Shown here piece by piece: positions 11,701-24,449 of a stretch of DNA of 64,000 nucleotides. Below the pieces are notes generated by a model. It searched no databases and was not told the origin of the DNA. It saw only the letters and a list, made by a program, of their open reading frames with translations. The position numbers and the translations under genes were made by a program. Every line of letters starts with the position of its first letter. The stretch's first letter is position 1. Location: positions 3,224,001-3,288,000 of the forward strand of contig NEEC01000012.1 of assembly GCA_002189035.1 (NCBI GenBank), given 5' to 3'. Source of the DNA: Utricularia gibba. Taxonomy: Eukaryota; Plantae; Magnoliophyta.

Positions 11701-13391
11701 TATCGCACAAAGCTAAATCCAGACGGCTCAGTAAATAAGTTAAAGTCTAGGCTGGTTGCAAAAGGATATCTTCAAAAGGAAGGTATAGACTACTGGGAGA
11801 CTTTCGCACCGGTAGCTCGTCTGGATACAATAAAATTGATTATCGCATTAGCCACCAGTCAAGGTTGGATCCTGCACCATTTAGACATAAAGAATGCGTT
11901 TCTGAATGGAGACTTGAAAGAAGACATATATGTTGAAAATCCTCCCGGTTTTACACTAAAGGATGGCTCAAATAAGGTGTTAAAACTCCAAAAGGCTCTC
12001 TACGGGCTTAAACAAGCGCCCAAGGAATGGTATTCAACCATAGATTCATACTTTGGTCAAATGGGTTATATCAGAAGCAAGAACGACCTACTCTATACAC
12101 CCTCAACAATCAAACTGGAAAGGTCATCATATCTTTATACGTTGATGACATCTTACTAACAGGAAATAACGAGACATTGATAGCAGATCAAAAATCAAGG
12201 CTCAAACAACGGTTCGAATTGACTGATCTAGGGCCAGCAAGATATATTCTTGGACTAGAGATAATACAAGATCCCAATTTTATATTTCTCAGCCAGCAAA
12301 AATACACTGAAGACTTACTAAAAAAATTTGGGATGGACAATGCAAAAGAAGCAACTACGCCTTTCACTCCATACCTGAAGAACAAGGCAAACAACTATCT
12401 GAAAGAATTAAATTCTGCCGATTCAGGGCCACAAGATCCTCAAGAAAATTCAGTGAACATACGAGAATATCAGAAGACTGTTGGTGCCCTACTATACCTC
12501 ACCTCAACTCGACCGGACATTACATTCGCTGTAACGTTTCTATCCAGGTTTATGCATCACCCTCTTGCTTTACACCTTAGAATAGCTAAACAAATATTCA
12601 AATATCTGAATGCTACAAAAACTATGGGTTTATACTTCAAAAGGCATACTGACCTATCTCTTCAAGGGTTCGTAGACTCTGATTTCGCAGGTGACGAATC
12701 TGATCTTAAATCCACCACTGGTTATTTGTTTACTCTGGGCTCTGCTGCATTTGCTTGGAACAGCAGAAAACAGACCTTAGTAGCTCAATCCTCAGCCGAA
12801 GCAGAATACATGGCTGGAGCTTGTGCTGCAAATCACGCTCAATGGCTCCTGAAATTATGTGAAGATTTACAGATCAAGATTAACAAGCCACTCATTCTGA
12901 AAATTGACAGCAAATCAGCCATAAGTATAGCTCAAAATCCGGTCATGTTTGGGAAGACGAAGCATATCAAAATCAAATACCATGTTCTTAGGGAATACAT
13001 CAAAGAAGGAAGCATAAAATTGGAGTATTTACCATCAGAAAGACAAGCCGCAGACATTCTCACCAAAGCCCTCTTTCCAAGTCATTTCTCTCAAATCCGT
13101 GAGCTATTAGGGCTGCGCAGAAATCCCTTGATTACTGCTGCCTCATCTCATGTTCTTCCTCAAGGAGGAATGATGTCGAGTGAGGACGAATATGAGATAA
13201 ACCAGCAGCAAACTGTGAGAAATGTGGAGGACCCAGAACAGGAAAATACGAATGTGTTGAGAGATAACGGGAGGAAGAAGAAGAAGGTCTGTCAGCAACT
13301 CGGACTGATTATACTGGACAGCAAGATCAGAAGATGGGCCACCAACAAAGATCTTGCTACTCATCCACTTCAAGAAAATGGCCCAACATGA
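8738..13391 (+). CDS. Copia gag-pol polyprotein, split into three ORFs by two -1 homopolymer frameshifts (10707-10709, 12087-12088)
   Basis: Gag PIFDGKEYDIWAPKM; knuckles CPYCAQKNHIPTNC and CAICSTKGHVERVC; PR WFIDCACSNH; INT LWHKRLGH, SDVCGP, HSDNGGEY, QQNGVCERKN; RT RLVAKGY, DIKNAFLNG, KALYGLKQAP, YVDD; RH DSDFAG, AEAEY, ADILTK. Confidence 0.93.
13162..13170 (+). promoter_or_regulatory. Polypurine tract
   Basis: AAGGAGGAA immediately before the 3' LTR. Confidence 0.8.
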
Positions 13392-13560
13392 TGATATGGC
13401 CCAACGTGCTGAAGTCAATATTGTTGGAAGTCGTAGTGAGCAACGGCTAATCCCTAGAAGTAGGCGACCGTTGCTAAAGAACTATAAATATGTGTACTCT
13501 TGCATAACATTAAAATATATCTGTTCTACAACCCTCACACATCGATATAAACTGCTATCA
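13171..13560 (+). repeat. 3' LTR (390 bp)
   Basis: Direct repeat of 8216-8605, followed by TSD TCTCC. Confidence 0.97.
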
Positions 13561-15191
13561 TCTCCGTCATCAGTCGCGGCGGCGGAAAGGGTTCCTCCGA
13601 TGTGCTGACGTGGCTCAGCGCGGCGATGACGAACCACGATACTTGCACCGACGGATTCGCGGATTTGAGAGGCCAAGTCAAGAGCCAAATGTACCTCCGT
13701 CTCAAGGACCTCTCGGAGCTGGTGAGCAACTGCCTCGCCATCTACACCGCCACGGCCACCGGCCGCAGCAGCGAGGCCTACTTCTCCGGGATCCCCATAG
13801 AGAACCGCCGCCGCCGACGCCTCCTCACTCTCGCCGACGGCCGCGATCCCTCCTCCTACCCCATTGGCTCTCCCGCAGGGACAGGCTCCTGCTAGACACC
13901 CCAGCCGCGGGCATCAAGCCAGACGTCGTCGTTTCCCCAGACGGCAACGCCACGTGCAAGACCATCACCGAGGCCATCAAGCTGGCCCCTTCCAATAGTA
14001 CCCGCCGATTCATCATCTACATCAAGGCTGGCAAGTAAGTTTCTTCACTTTTTTCACCTCTGTCATTACCTCCTTTTTTTTGTTTTTGTTTTTAAATCAA
14101 GAATCGGTGACTGCCCCCGCAGGTACGAAGAGGACTTGTTGAAGATCTCCAGGTCCAAAACCAACATCATGATGATCGGAGACGGGAAGACTAAGACCTT
14201 CATCTCAGGCGGTAAAAGCGTCATGGATAACGTCACCACCTTCCGTACCGCCACTTTCGGTAATTTTGTAGTATATTTTGATTTCATCATTTTTCTATAT
14301 ATTTCTGGGTTAAAAAGTAGTATTTTTTAGAAGGGTGATCAGGCGCCTCATAATTTAGGGTTTTTGGACAAGGGAATTAAGGTGACGGTTGGCGCCGTCG
14401 TGTGATTAGGGAAAATGATCCATGTTCTGGTAGGCCATGTCCGTGTCTGTCTGCTGCCTAAGAATCATTCATTTTCTGTGTACTGTAGCCGCATCGGGGA
14501 ATGGGTTCGTGGCTCGTGATTTGACCTTCGAGAATTGGGCGGGTCCGGGGCGGCACCAAGCGGTGGCGCTTCGCATCAGCGCCGACCACGCGGTGGTCTA
14601 CCGTTGCAACATCATCGGATATCAAGACACGCTCTACGCCCACTCGCAGCGCCAGTTCTACCGCGGCTGCGACATCTACGGCACCGTCGATTTCATCTTC
14701 GGCAACGCCGCCGTGGTCTTCCAGAACTGCACCATTGTCGCCCGGAAGCCGCTCCCGGGGCAGAAGAACACGTTGACCGCACAGAACCGGAAGGACCCGA
14801 ACCAGAACACGGGCATCTCGATCCACGCTTGCCGGGTCGTGGCGCAACCCGACCTGGACGCCGCCAAGTCGGCCTACCCGACGTACCTCGGCCGCCCCTG
14901 GAAGCTCTACTCGCGGACGGTGTACATGCTGTCGTACATCGGAGATCACGTGCACCCGCGGGGTGGCTCGAGTGGAACTCCACCTTCGCACTGGACACGC
15001 TGTACTACGGCGAGTATATGAATTACGGGCCGGGTGCTGCCGGCCCCGGGTCCCAGCGGGTCAACTGGAAGGGCTACCATGCCATCAATTCGTCGGTGGA
15101 GGCGAGCCAGTTCACGGTGGCGCAGTTCATTTATGGGGCGTCGTGGCTGCCGTCCACGGGAGTCTCCTATTTGGCCGGCCTGTCCACGTAG
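13561..15191 (+). pseudogene. 3' part of the PMEI-PME gene: rest of exon 1 (to 14034), exon 2 (14123-14259), exon 3 (14489-15191)
   Basis: Removing the element restores ...SRSLSVISRGGGKGSSDVLTWLSAAMTNHDTCTDGF. Processing motif RRRRRLL; catalytic-domain motifs QAVAL, QDTL, DFIFG and LGRPW are all intact. -1 frameshifts at 13859-13862 and 14960-14963. Confidence 0.9.
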
Positions 15192-15672
15192 ACGCATTCG
15201 AATTCAGTTAATTCGAATACGAAGTGGATCAATGCGTGAATTCCTTTCATCTCCTTATCATGTAAAGAAGTTAATATATCTACAGGTTCAGTTTCTGATC
15301 ATTTTCACTCTCACCCAGAGCAGAAAACTGGGCTTCGTTTACTCTGATCCAGAGTCGAAAAACAAGCTATGTGGTGCAGCCCGTACACTGCATAGCCCAG
15401 ATCTCACATCAAGATCTACAGACATTTTTCTTATTTAGTGTTACAGGCAGAGCGCAGCTGCTGTAACACAGAATCTACAAAAACAGAAGGTGACACGATG
15501 GGTAATGGACATAGGCTGGCTGATGCTCATCAAGGCCTCCGGTTTGTGATGGAATCGAATGGGCTGTCGGTGATGGCTTGGACTGGCTGCCATTCTCGTC
15601 TCCTTGTTCCCAAGAGACGTTCCATGTAGGAGGAACCAGGGGAAGCGAAACCGACGAGCCCCGGTATAGCAT

Positions 15673-17092
15673 TCACAGGTCCACATCCTCTGCATCTCCT
15701 TCAACAAGGAAGCTGGGAAGGCCAATGTGATGTCCCTGAAAAGAAGATGCAGATGGATCAGTCACCCCATCATAATGAACGAGTTTTGAGCTTAGTTATG
15801 GTTACTTCAGATATGGAAGTGTCATGTTCTTGATGAGAGAGGGGTTCTTTGAAACGAACGCCTTCCACTCTTCTAAATCGATCTTCCCGTCTCCTTTGGA
15901 GTCTGCCTCAGAGAATGTCTGCGAAGGGGGAAAAAGGAATAGATTCAGGTACAAGGGGATACCGGCATGCTTGAGAACTTGTCTTTACATACCCTGTCTA
16001 CAATAAACTCTATAAGATCCTCGGAGAGTGATAGCTCTGATTCATATAAGAGAGCAAGAACCATCATCTTCAACTGCAGGATCGAAGAAAGTACTTAGCA
16101 GAAGGGGGATAAATAACAAAGATCAGCAAGGATTGTCTGTCAAATGGGCACTTCCGCCATGAGATTTTGATGGAGAATTCAGCACAGTGAATCAAGAAAA
16201 GCCTTTTTACGGGAACAGCAAATGTGCACATTTTTAAGCATATATGAGGAAAATAAAGTGTAAAGAGCAAAATCAACATCTGTTCGAGGTCCTCTGTCTC
16301 GGACAGATGTTGATTCACGTGTGCCATTCAGAGGAGGGAGGTGCAGAACATACTACCTCTTCTCTCTCGATGAATCCGGTGTGCCGCAGATCATACAATC
16401 GATAAGCAACTGCAGAAGCAGGTAATTGGTCAGAGGCAAGAAAGTGTTTGCCATTTATTTACACAAACCATTGCTGATATTGCAGAACTTGTATTCTTAC
16501 ACAAAACTTTGCTATCATATGATGCATTTGGGTGAAAAACGCCCAATGACCGCACAAATTCCCCGAAATCGATGACCCCATTGCCCTTGTCATCAAACAA
16601 GTGGAATATCTACAGCAAGACAAACGTATCATTGAGTTTGCAAGCAAACATTAGTCCAACGACTCAGTGGATCAAGGAAATAGAACACATACTCTGTCTG
16701 CAAACAGATTTCTCTTGTTCTGATTCCTAAAGAGTGCAAATTGAAACTCCTCCTGAAAAGTAACAAACAACCCATTACTTTAAAGTCCGGAAAACAAAAA
16801 TTAGTCTTGGACACCATGAAGCGAATAGAAGAGGAAGATCTGTACCTTATGAATAAGGCCGTCTTTGATTATGGAACAGCTTATCCTCTTGAACAACTCA
16901 TACAAAGCCTCAACTTCAGTTACCGAAACTGCAAACACACACACACACACGCAAATGAAACAAGGCCTCTTCCGGCTCCTCAACGAAAATCGAAGCTTTC
17001 TTATAGAACTTACAGGGAGTTTCAGCAGCAAGAAGAGTTGGATCCTCGTAACCAGGAGTGCGAACCGGCGATTTGGAAACGAAACAACCCAT
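15673..17092 (-). CDS. CBL4: Calcineurin B-like calcium sensor, CBL4/SOS3 type, 8 exons
   Basis: N-myristoylation/palmitoylation start MGCFVSK...[10 protein letters not shown]; [64 protein letters not shown]-terminal FPSF is restored by one C at 15715-15717. Confidence 0.92.
16935..16950. repeat. (AC)8 microsatellite at the 3' end of CBL4 intron 1
   Basis: Read directly. Confidence 0.9.
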
Positions 17093-17443
17093 TCAATCTA
17101 TCCAATTTCTTTCCCCAATTCCAGTGCCCGGACCGCGCCTAAGAATGGGAATGAACCAGAATCACTCTGAGACCCGAAAAATCAAATATGAGTGGCCAAT
17201 AATCGCAGTCAACGTGAAAACCAGAAATCAGAAAAGCTTCCCCAACCCCCGGTTGTGCATCCCCCAATACCCAACACAACACGGAACCAATCTCAACCAG
17301 CAAAACTAGAAACTTCCAGAATGCCGTTTGTATTCAAAGGCGAACGCCGTTGATTTTCACTATCAATTCCTCACCGTTAAAGGCGCCGCTGAACTTTCTC
17401 CCACGATCGATCACCTCTCATATCTCAATGCATGCCGCCCACG

Positions 17444-17459
17444 TATATATATATATATA
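17444..17459. repeat. (TA)8 microsatellite upstream of CBL4
   Basis: Read directly. Confidence 0.9.
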
Positions 17460-20400
17460 CAAAGACACACAAGAACAATATGTGGATAGATATGCCGGTG
17501 GGCTTACCGATCCGATGCTTCCACCTTTTTCTAATGTTTGTTGCTCTTTCGCCCCAACTCAAAAATAAACTTCTTTTCTACTTTTAATTTTAACAAGAAA
17601 AACATGAAAAAATTGTAATGACAAAATTGATTTAAAAAATTAGTCTCAAACATTTTCATATTCATAAATTTGATATAAATAAACTTCATTATTTAAAATA
17701 ACTGGTCTTATCAATCCTTAAATTATTTAAATATTTGATAAAATTAGTCATCAACTAATCAAGTCTAGTTTTGAATAATTGAAAACTAATTACATCTCAT
17801 ATTTAAAGAGTGAAGGATCAAAAACATAAAAAATATAAAATTTTGGGGGCTAATTATACGGATACGTATTGGAGATTGATTTTGTCAAATAATGACAAAA
17901 ATGATTAATGATACGTGTTATATTAAAAAAAGTAGGATTGAGATTTTTTTACGCAATTTTCTCCTTATAAATCATTTCAAATTTAGAAATGACATTAGCA
18001 TAATTATATATATTATAATCAAATGAAATTTAAATTATTATATGAGGTGATATATGAATACTTAAATTCAAATTATTTTAATTAATTAAAAAATGAAATA
18101 ATGATATAGGAAAATTAGCAATTTTTTGTAACAAAACTATTTTTCTCAGGATGGAAAATATGATAATTAGAATTGGATATTCTTTTAATATGCCTAATGA
18201 AATAAAGAAACCATTTAGAAAATAGGTCAACGACAAACTCTTTGTAAGAAAGACGAAGGCTATATCATTGTTTTTTTGGTAATATATTTTACAAAAAGTC
18301 AACTCAAATATCATGCACATGAAACACGAAATAAGCCTTTTTATTTCCCTAAAAAAAATTACCAAAAATCCAGGCTGTCAAATATGAGACGTGGAAAAAA
18401 TCAATTATAATGCTACAATGAGATTTTTCTATAATTTCAGCCGTGTTTCATATTATATAGAATTTTTAGATTTTATAAATTTCTGCTTTTATTATAAAAC
18501 GGTTAAAAATTAAAAATTCAAAAATTAAATAGAATTACTTCAAAAAATTAATAAAACAGAACAATTCTAATATAACATGAACAATTGATAATGATATAAA
18601 TTATAATTTTGTATAGTTTTAATTTATAAAATTAGATTATACTATTTTATTATTGACGTTTCACATTTTTAAAATTTTAATTTGAAGATCCAAATTATTT
18701 TTCAGTATTATAAACTTAATTTTAGTTTTTCCTTTTTGGGAAAGGAGAGGCCATCATTACCATCCTCCTTAATTGAGGTTACGGCATTAATTACATTCAA
18801 ACCGGTTTTATTGGCGCCTAATTTGTAGGGCTACGTGTTGCCCTAAGAGACTCGCTCATTAATCCCTTGCAATAATGAGCGTCACTTGGCCAGCCACCCT
18901 GTCCGTGTCCAAAAGTAGTAATGTGCAGTCGACTTCAACATACCCATTATAGATTTAACATCCAAAAGGATTCAATCATGATTATTTTATAAATAGTAAG
19001 GAATAGCTGCAATTCATGAGCACCATTTTTAGTAATAACTAATGGATGATTAGTGGGTTAATTAAGAATGGTATGGAGTGAGGGGCCACATCATAATCAC
19101 TAGGAAGAAGGCTCTCAGGGACGTGGGAGACAACAATAAAGGCATGCAAAGTAGGGTGGGTATACGTGCCTCGCTACAATCAATATGGTCGGTCCGTTTA
19201 ATCACAAGCATATATTTTTCATGATAAACAAAAATATTATACAATTTAAATGGGGATTTGTGTTTATTTTTATGCTATTAAAGGTAAAAAAAATAGAATA
19301 GGTGTACGGACGGTCGTGAATATAGGGGATTTTTATAAAAAAAATAAACAAAGGTGAAATTATGACGTGGAGGATGATCGGCCCTTGATTACGGAAGCAG
19401 GTGAAGAGGAGGGTCTAGGGACACGTGGCACCATGTGTAAAAGTCAAACAGTCGGATGGATATACCAAACACCTTTCGCAAAAAATAGCCGCCACATTTC
19501 TTTAAACGGAAAAAGACTCTTTTTTGCACGTGACATCCGTCCATCCGTCCATCCCCCTTAATATTTTTTATTTTAATTTTGAAATAAACCCAATTGCGTA
19601 CTTTTTATAAATGATTTAATAAAATGAAAGGATGCATTTTTAAATTTTAGTATTTTAAAAATATTTTAGAGTCACATTTTATTATTAAACATGAACCGCT
19701 TTGTACTGCAAAAAAAAAATGACATAAATATAATCAAAAGTAACGCAGAAGCTAAGTTTACCTAACCGGGAGCAGCCGTACCTGCTCACATCATCAGCTA
19801 CCGTTGTTTTATTATTACAACCAAGAAAATAAATCCGAGAATAGAGCGTTGACTTTTGGATGAAAATAAAATATACACGTTTTATTTATATTAAACAGTT
19901 TAAAATAATACAGTAATTTTTTTTTTATTAAAAAGGATGGGAAGAATGCGTGGACGCAAGTGCCACGTCCGTGGGAGAGGAGCAATTTGGTACGTCCATT
20001 TTTATTTAAATATTTGTCAACGCAATTGTTTGTTACTTTACAGATCGATAACCGTGTTGATGTTATCTTCCAACTGCAGTTAATATTATTATTATTTTTA
20101 ATATCCCCACGTATTTTGTTTTTTAATTTTATTTTTTGTGTGAAGTTGGGCCAGAATAAATGGGTATCGGCCCAGATACACGTTTGGATGGGCTCGTTAA
20201 TTTCTATTTGGATCCGGATTACGTGGCCCATTTCAATCTTGCATCTTCTAATCATGACGTTGCTAAGTGCGCATGAATAATGCATTGGCAAGATTTTGAA
20301 TCTTCTTTTTTTTTTTTTTTTTTTTAAAAAAAGTTATTCTCAAGTTTAGTCATATATTTAAATTACATTAAATTCAATAATTTTTAATTTTATTTTGTTA

Positions 20401-21101
20401 AAAAATAAAATAAATTAGTCATGAGTTGGATTTAGACGACCTCTTAGTTGAACTTTAAAACAGACAGTCCAGTCCCGAAGTTAGAGATGTGTCGTGATCA
20501 AGTTGGTGCTCCAAACCCTAGACCTTAATTGAATTGTAAAACGGCATGTTACATTTCCGACCTAAAAAATGCTGACTCCTTGTCAAATTGGGCGGCTTCC
20601 CCCTCGGAAAATTCATCCCCAATTCCAAAGGAAATTTCAGTCTTTCTCTGCAATTCCTACTCCAGGGTCCAAGTTCTGTACATGATTACAAAATACTGCA
20701 TCTTTCTAGAAAAAAAAAAAATGATTCTTTGAAGGTACCCATCCAGGTATCCATCATCTTCATGCGGCTAAGGGGGTAAAAAGTGAAGTATTCTTCACAG
20801 AAATGAAATGAAAACTTAACTTATGATGGAGAGGTTTGAAGGGGGGAGGAGAATGTTAAAAGGTTCGGAGATAGCTTCACGGGTGAGAACACTTTGACCA
20901 GATTTTTCTTAGTGTTGAAACTTCCAAAATGCCTTTGTCTTTGCTTTCTTCGCAACTGCTACTATCTATCCACCCATACCCCTGCTGGGCATCCATTTTG
21001 GGGAATTTGGGATTCCCAAAAACAGCAGACAAAAAAAGGAATGTTTTTGCAGGGAAGAAGAGGAGAGAATTGTTGTTTGTTGTAGGTTGGACCCAGATGC
21101 C

Positions 21102-24100
21102 ATGATCATGTCCCAGGACGAGGAGGATGTGCTTCTGCCCCGTCTCTTCATCTTCTTTGTCTTTCTGGTTTCAGGTGTGATTCCCGGGACATAGGGATTT
21201 GTTTCTGTACTGACCCTTGATCAGATTCTGAGATAAGGAAGACCATCCATCACTGATGTTGCTTCTTCTTTCATGTGAACAGGAAAGCTTGTTTGCGGGG
21301 ACTATTCTCTGGTCACGGACAAGCAAGTGTTGCTACAGCTCAAGTCTTTTCTCGTTACCCTGAACCCTGTTGTCTTCAATCAGGGAGATTATTCTCGGTG
21401 GGATGCAACATCTCCTTCTCCATGTACCTGGCCGGGAATATCCTGCGGCGGCGGGGGTAGCGCTGAACGTGTCGTGGGAATCGATCTCTCCAATGGCAGC
21501 ATCATGGGAAACCTCTTTGCCAACTTCTCCGCCCTCACGGAGCTGAAATATCTCGATCTCTCAAGTAACACAATCACCGGAGATTTGCCGGAGGATATAG
21601 GCCGTTGTTGGAATCTCAAGATGTTGAATTTGTCCCACAATCTCATCTCCGGGCAGCTTAACTTGACGGGTCTGAGGAATCTGGAGATTCTGGATTTGTC
21701 CCTCAATAGGTTGGGCGCTGATATTCGTTTAGGCATTCCGATGGACTGCTCCAATTTGTTTGTAGCGAATGTTTCGGGTAACAGATTCACCGGAAACATC
21801 CGTGGAGTTTTCGAATTCTGTACCAATCTCAAGTATATTGATCTCAGCACCAATAACTTGACTGGAGATATATGGCCTGGATTCGACAGAATGGAAGAGT
21901 TTTCGGTGTCGGAGAATCGTTTCACCGGGGAAATCCCAGTGTCGATTTTCACAGAGAATTGCAGCTTACGGGTCCTGGATCTGTCAGCGAATCATTTCTC
22001 CGGGGAATTCCCAGGAGAAATCTCCAAATGCAGGAACCTGGAGATGCTAAGCCTGTCGGGAAACAGGTTCACCGGCCTGATCCCAGAGGAAATAGGTTCA
22101 TTGTCCAAGATCCAAGGTCTGTACTTGGGGAACAACAACTTTTCCAGGACGATTCCAGAGAGTTTCATAAGCCTCGGGACGCTGGAGTTTCTTGATTTGA
22201 GTCGAAACAACTTCGGGGGAAGCATACAGACGATTTTCGGGAGCTTAACGCAGGTTAGATATCTCCTGCTGCACATGAATTCCTACACCGGAGGAATCTA
22301 CTCATCGGGAGTCTTGAGTTTGTCTAATCTGAGGCGTCTCGATCTGAGTTTCAACAACTTTTCTGGGCGTTTGCCAATGAATACATCCCGCATGACAAGC
22401 CTGCAGTTCTTGATGCTCGCCCACAATCAGTTCTCCGGCGCCATACCTGACGAATATGGAGATCTTAGAAGCCTTCAAGCTCTCGATCTCTCCTTCAACA
22501 ACTTATTTGGCTCCATCCCAAGGAGCTTGGGGAATTTGACTTCACTGTTGTGGCTGATGCTGGCCAACAATTCACTGACAGGGGAAATACCAAGAGAACT
22601 TGGGAACTGTAGCAGCCTGTTATGGCTGAATCTTGCGAATAACCAGCTTTCAGGGGGGCTTCCACGTGAACTGACCAACATCGGAGTGAATGCCACACCT
22701 ACTTTTATGCTCAACAGGGCAAGCCGACTGCTTCCTGCCGGCTCCGGCGAATGCCTGGCTATGATGAGATGGATACCGGCGGATTATCCCCGTTCAGTTT
22801 TGTATACAGACTTCTTACAAGAAAGAGCTGCAGGAACCTATGGGACCAGATTCTGAAAGGGTATGGCCTATTTTCTGTGTGCTTACCGGGTTCCAACGTG
22901 CGGAGGATGCAAACCATGGGATACATTCAGCTCAGCGGCAATCAGCTCTCAGGCGAAGTCCCTGATTCCATAGGAAACATGAAAAACTTCAGCATGATTC
23001 ACTTGGGCTACAATCTGTTCCAGGGTAGGCTTCCTTCTGATATAGGGGAGTTGCCATTGACAGTTCTCAACATCTCAAACAACTTCTTCTCGGGGAGCAT
23101 TCCTTCTGAGATAGGCAACATCAGATGCCTGCAAAATCTTGATTTGTCATACAACAACTTCTCTGGCATCTTCCCCTGGAGCCTCATAAACTTGTATGAA
23201 CTTACTAACTTCAACATTTCGTACAATCCCCTTATCTCCGGCAGTGTCCCGGATGCCCACCAGTTTATTACATTCCAGGAATCATCATTCTTTGGTGTCC
23301 CTGGTTTGCATCTACCTGAGTTTATGCGCAACTCCTCCAAAAGGGGGCAAAGCAGCCAGCCTCAGGGGCGCAAGATAACAAGAGCAGCAACTCCATTTTC
23401 ACACGTCTTTGCCGTGGTTCTTCTTGCATTATTCATCATTGGAGTACTGGTCTTCATATGTTGCCGTAGATATCTGCTACGGCGCTCGAAGAATCGAAAC
23501 AGTCTGTCTTCGGGGGATACCTTTAAGGCCATCCATTTGAATGAAATGAAGTTCACACACTCGGATATTGTGAAGGCAACTAGGAGCTTCTCCAGTGAAA
23601 GGATCATCGGCAGGGGAGGGTCTGGGGTAGTTTACAGAGGCGTTCTGTCAGATGGGACACAGATAGCGGTGAAGAAACTGCAGACTGATGGGATTGACGG
23701 CGAGAGAGAATTCTGGGCTGAAATGGAAGCACTGAGAGGAAATGGGGGACACCCAAATCTAGTTCCTCTCTACGGATGGTTTCTCGGTGGATCGGAAAAG
23801 CTTCTTGTGTACGAGTTCATGAAAGGGGGGAGCCTCGAAGACATGATCACCGACGGGATCCGCTTCAATTGGAGAAGAAGACTGCAAGTTGCAGTAGATG
23901 TTGCTCGGGCCTTGATGTTCCTACACCATGAATGCAATCCGAGCATAGTTCACAGAGACGTGAAGGCCAGCAACGTCCTCCTGGACAAGAACGGTACGGC
24001 CAGGGTTACAGACTTCGGGCTGGCGCGCGTAATGGAGGCCGGCGGCACCCATTACAGCACGACCGTAGCAGGGACAGTGGGGTATGTGGCGCCGGAGTAT

Positions 24101-24409
24101 GGGCAGACGTGGCAGGCGACGACGAAGGGGGATGTGTACAGTTACGGGGTGCTGGTTATGGAGCTCGCCGCTGCGAGGAGGGTGTTGGACGGTGGAGAGG
24201 AGTGTTTGCTGGAGTGGGCGAGGAGGGTGATGGGAGATGAAAAGGGAGAAAAGACTCCGGCGAAGGTGTTGATCTCCGGCGTGGCGGAGGGGGCCGGGAA
24301 AATGTGGGATCTGCTGCGGATTGGGATACTCTGCACGACGGAAATTCCCAATCACCGGCCTACTATGAAGGAGGTCTTGAGGATGCTCTTCACACTGTCA
24401 CAAACATAG
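21102..24409 (+). CDS. NILR1: LRR receptor-like kinase, NILR1/At1g74360-like; exon 1 21102-21174, exon 2 21283-24409
   Basis: Signal peptide, about 20 LRRs, island segment GECLAMMRWIPADYPPFSFVY..LTRKSCRNLW (one C missing at 22788-22791), TM, kinase GRGGSGVVY, AVKKL, HRDVKASN, DFGLAR, GTVGYVAPEY. Confidence 0.92.
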
Positions 24410-24449
24410 AAGTGGAACCTAATCATTACTTGATAAGCATTTGTAATTG

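Larger units (their letters stand above)
8216..13560 (+). mobile_element. Full-length Ty1/Copia LTR retrotransposon (5345 bp), probably Ivana/Oryco-like
   Basis: Paired 390-bp LTRs with TGAT...ATCA termini; 5-bp TSD TCTCC at 8211-8215 and 13561-13565; PBS and PPT present; domain order gag-PR-INT-RT-RH; twin CCHC knuckles. Confidence 0.97.

Noticed and set aside
10700-12095. Programmed ribosomal frameshifting in Copia pol
   Set aside because: Both shifts fall mid-integrase and mid-RT without slippery heptamers, Copia gag-pol is normally a single frame, and the same -1 homopolymer pattern occurs in host genes.
17570-18780. Very AT-rich block as a possible MITE or Helitron
   Set aside because: No terminal inverted repeats with TSD or tandem periodicity found by eye; ordinary intergenic composition.
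19840-20900. W-box defence module upstream of NILR1
   Set aside because: Only isolated TTGAC(C/T) hits, at about chance frequency.
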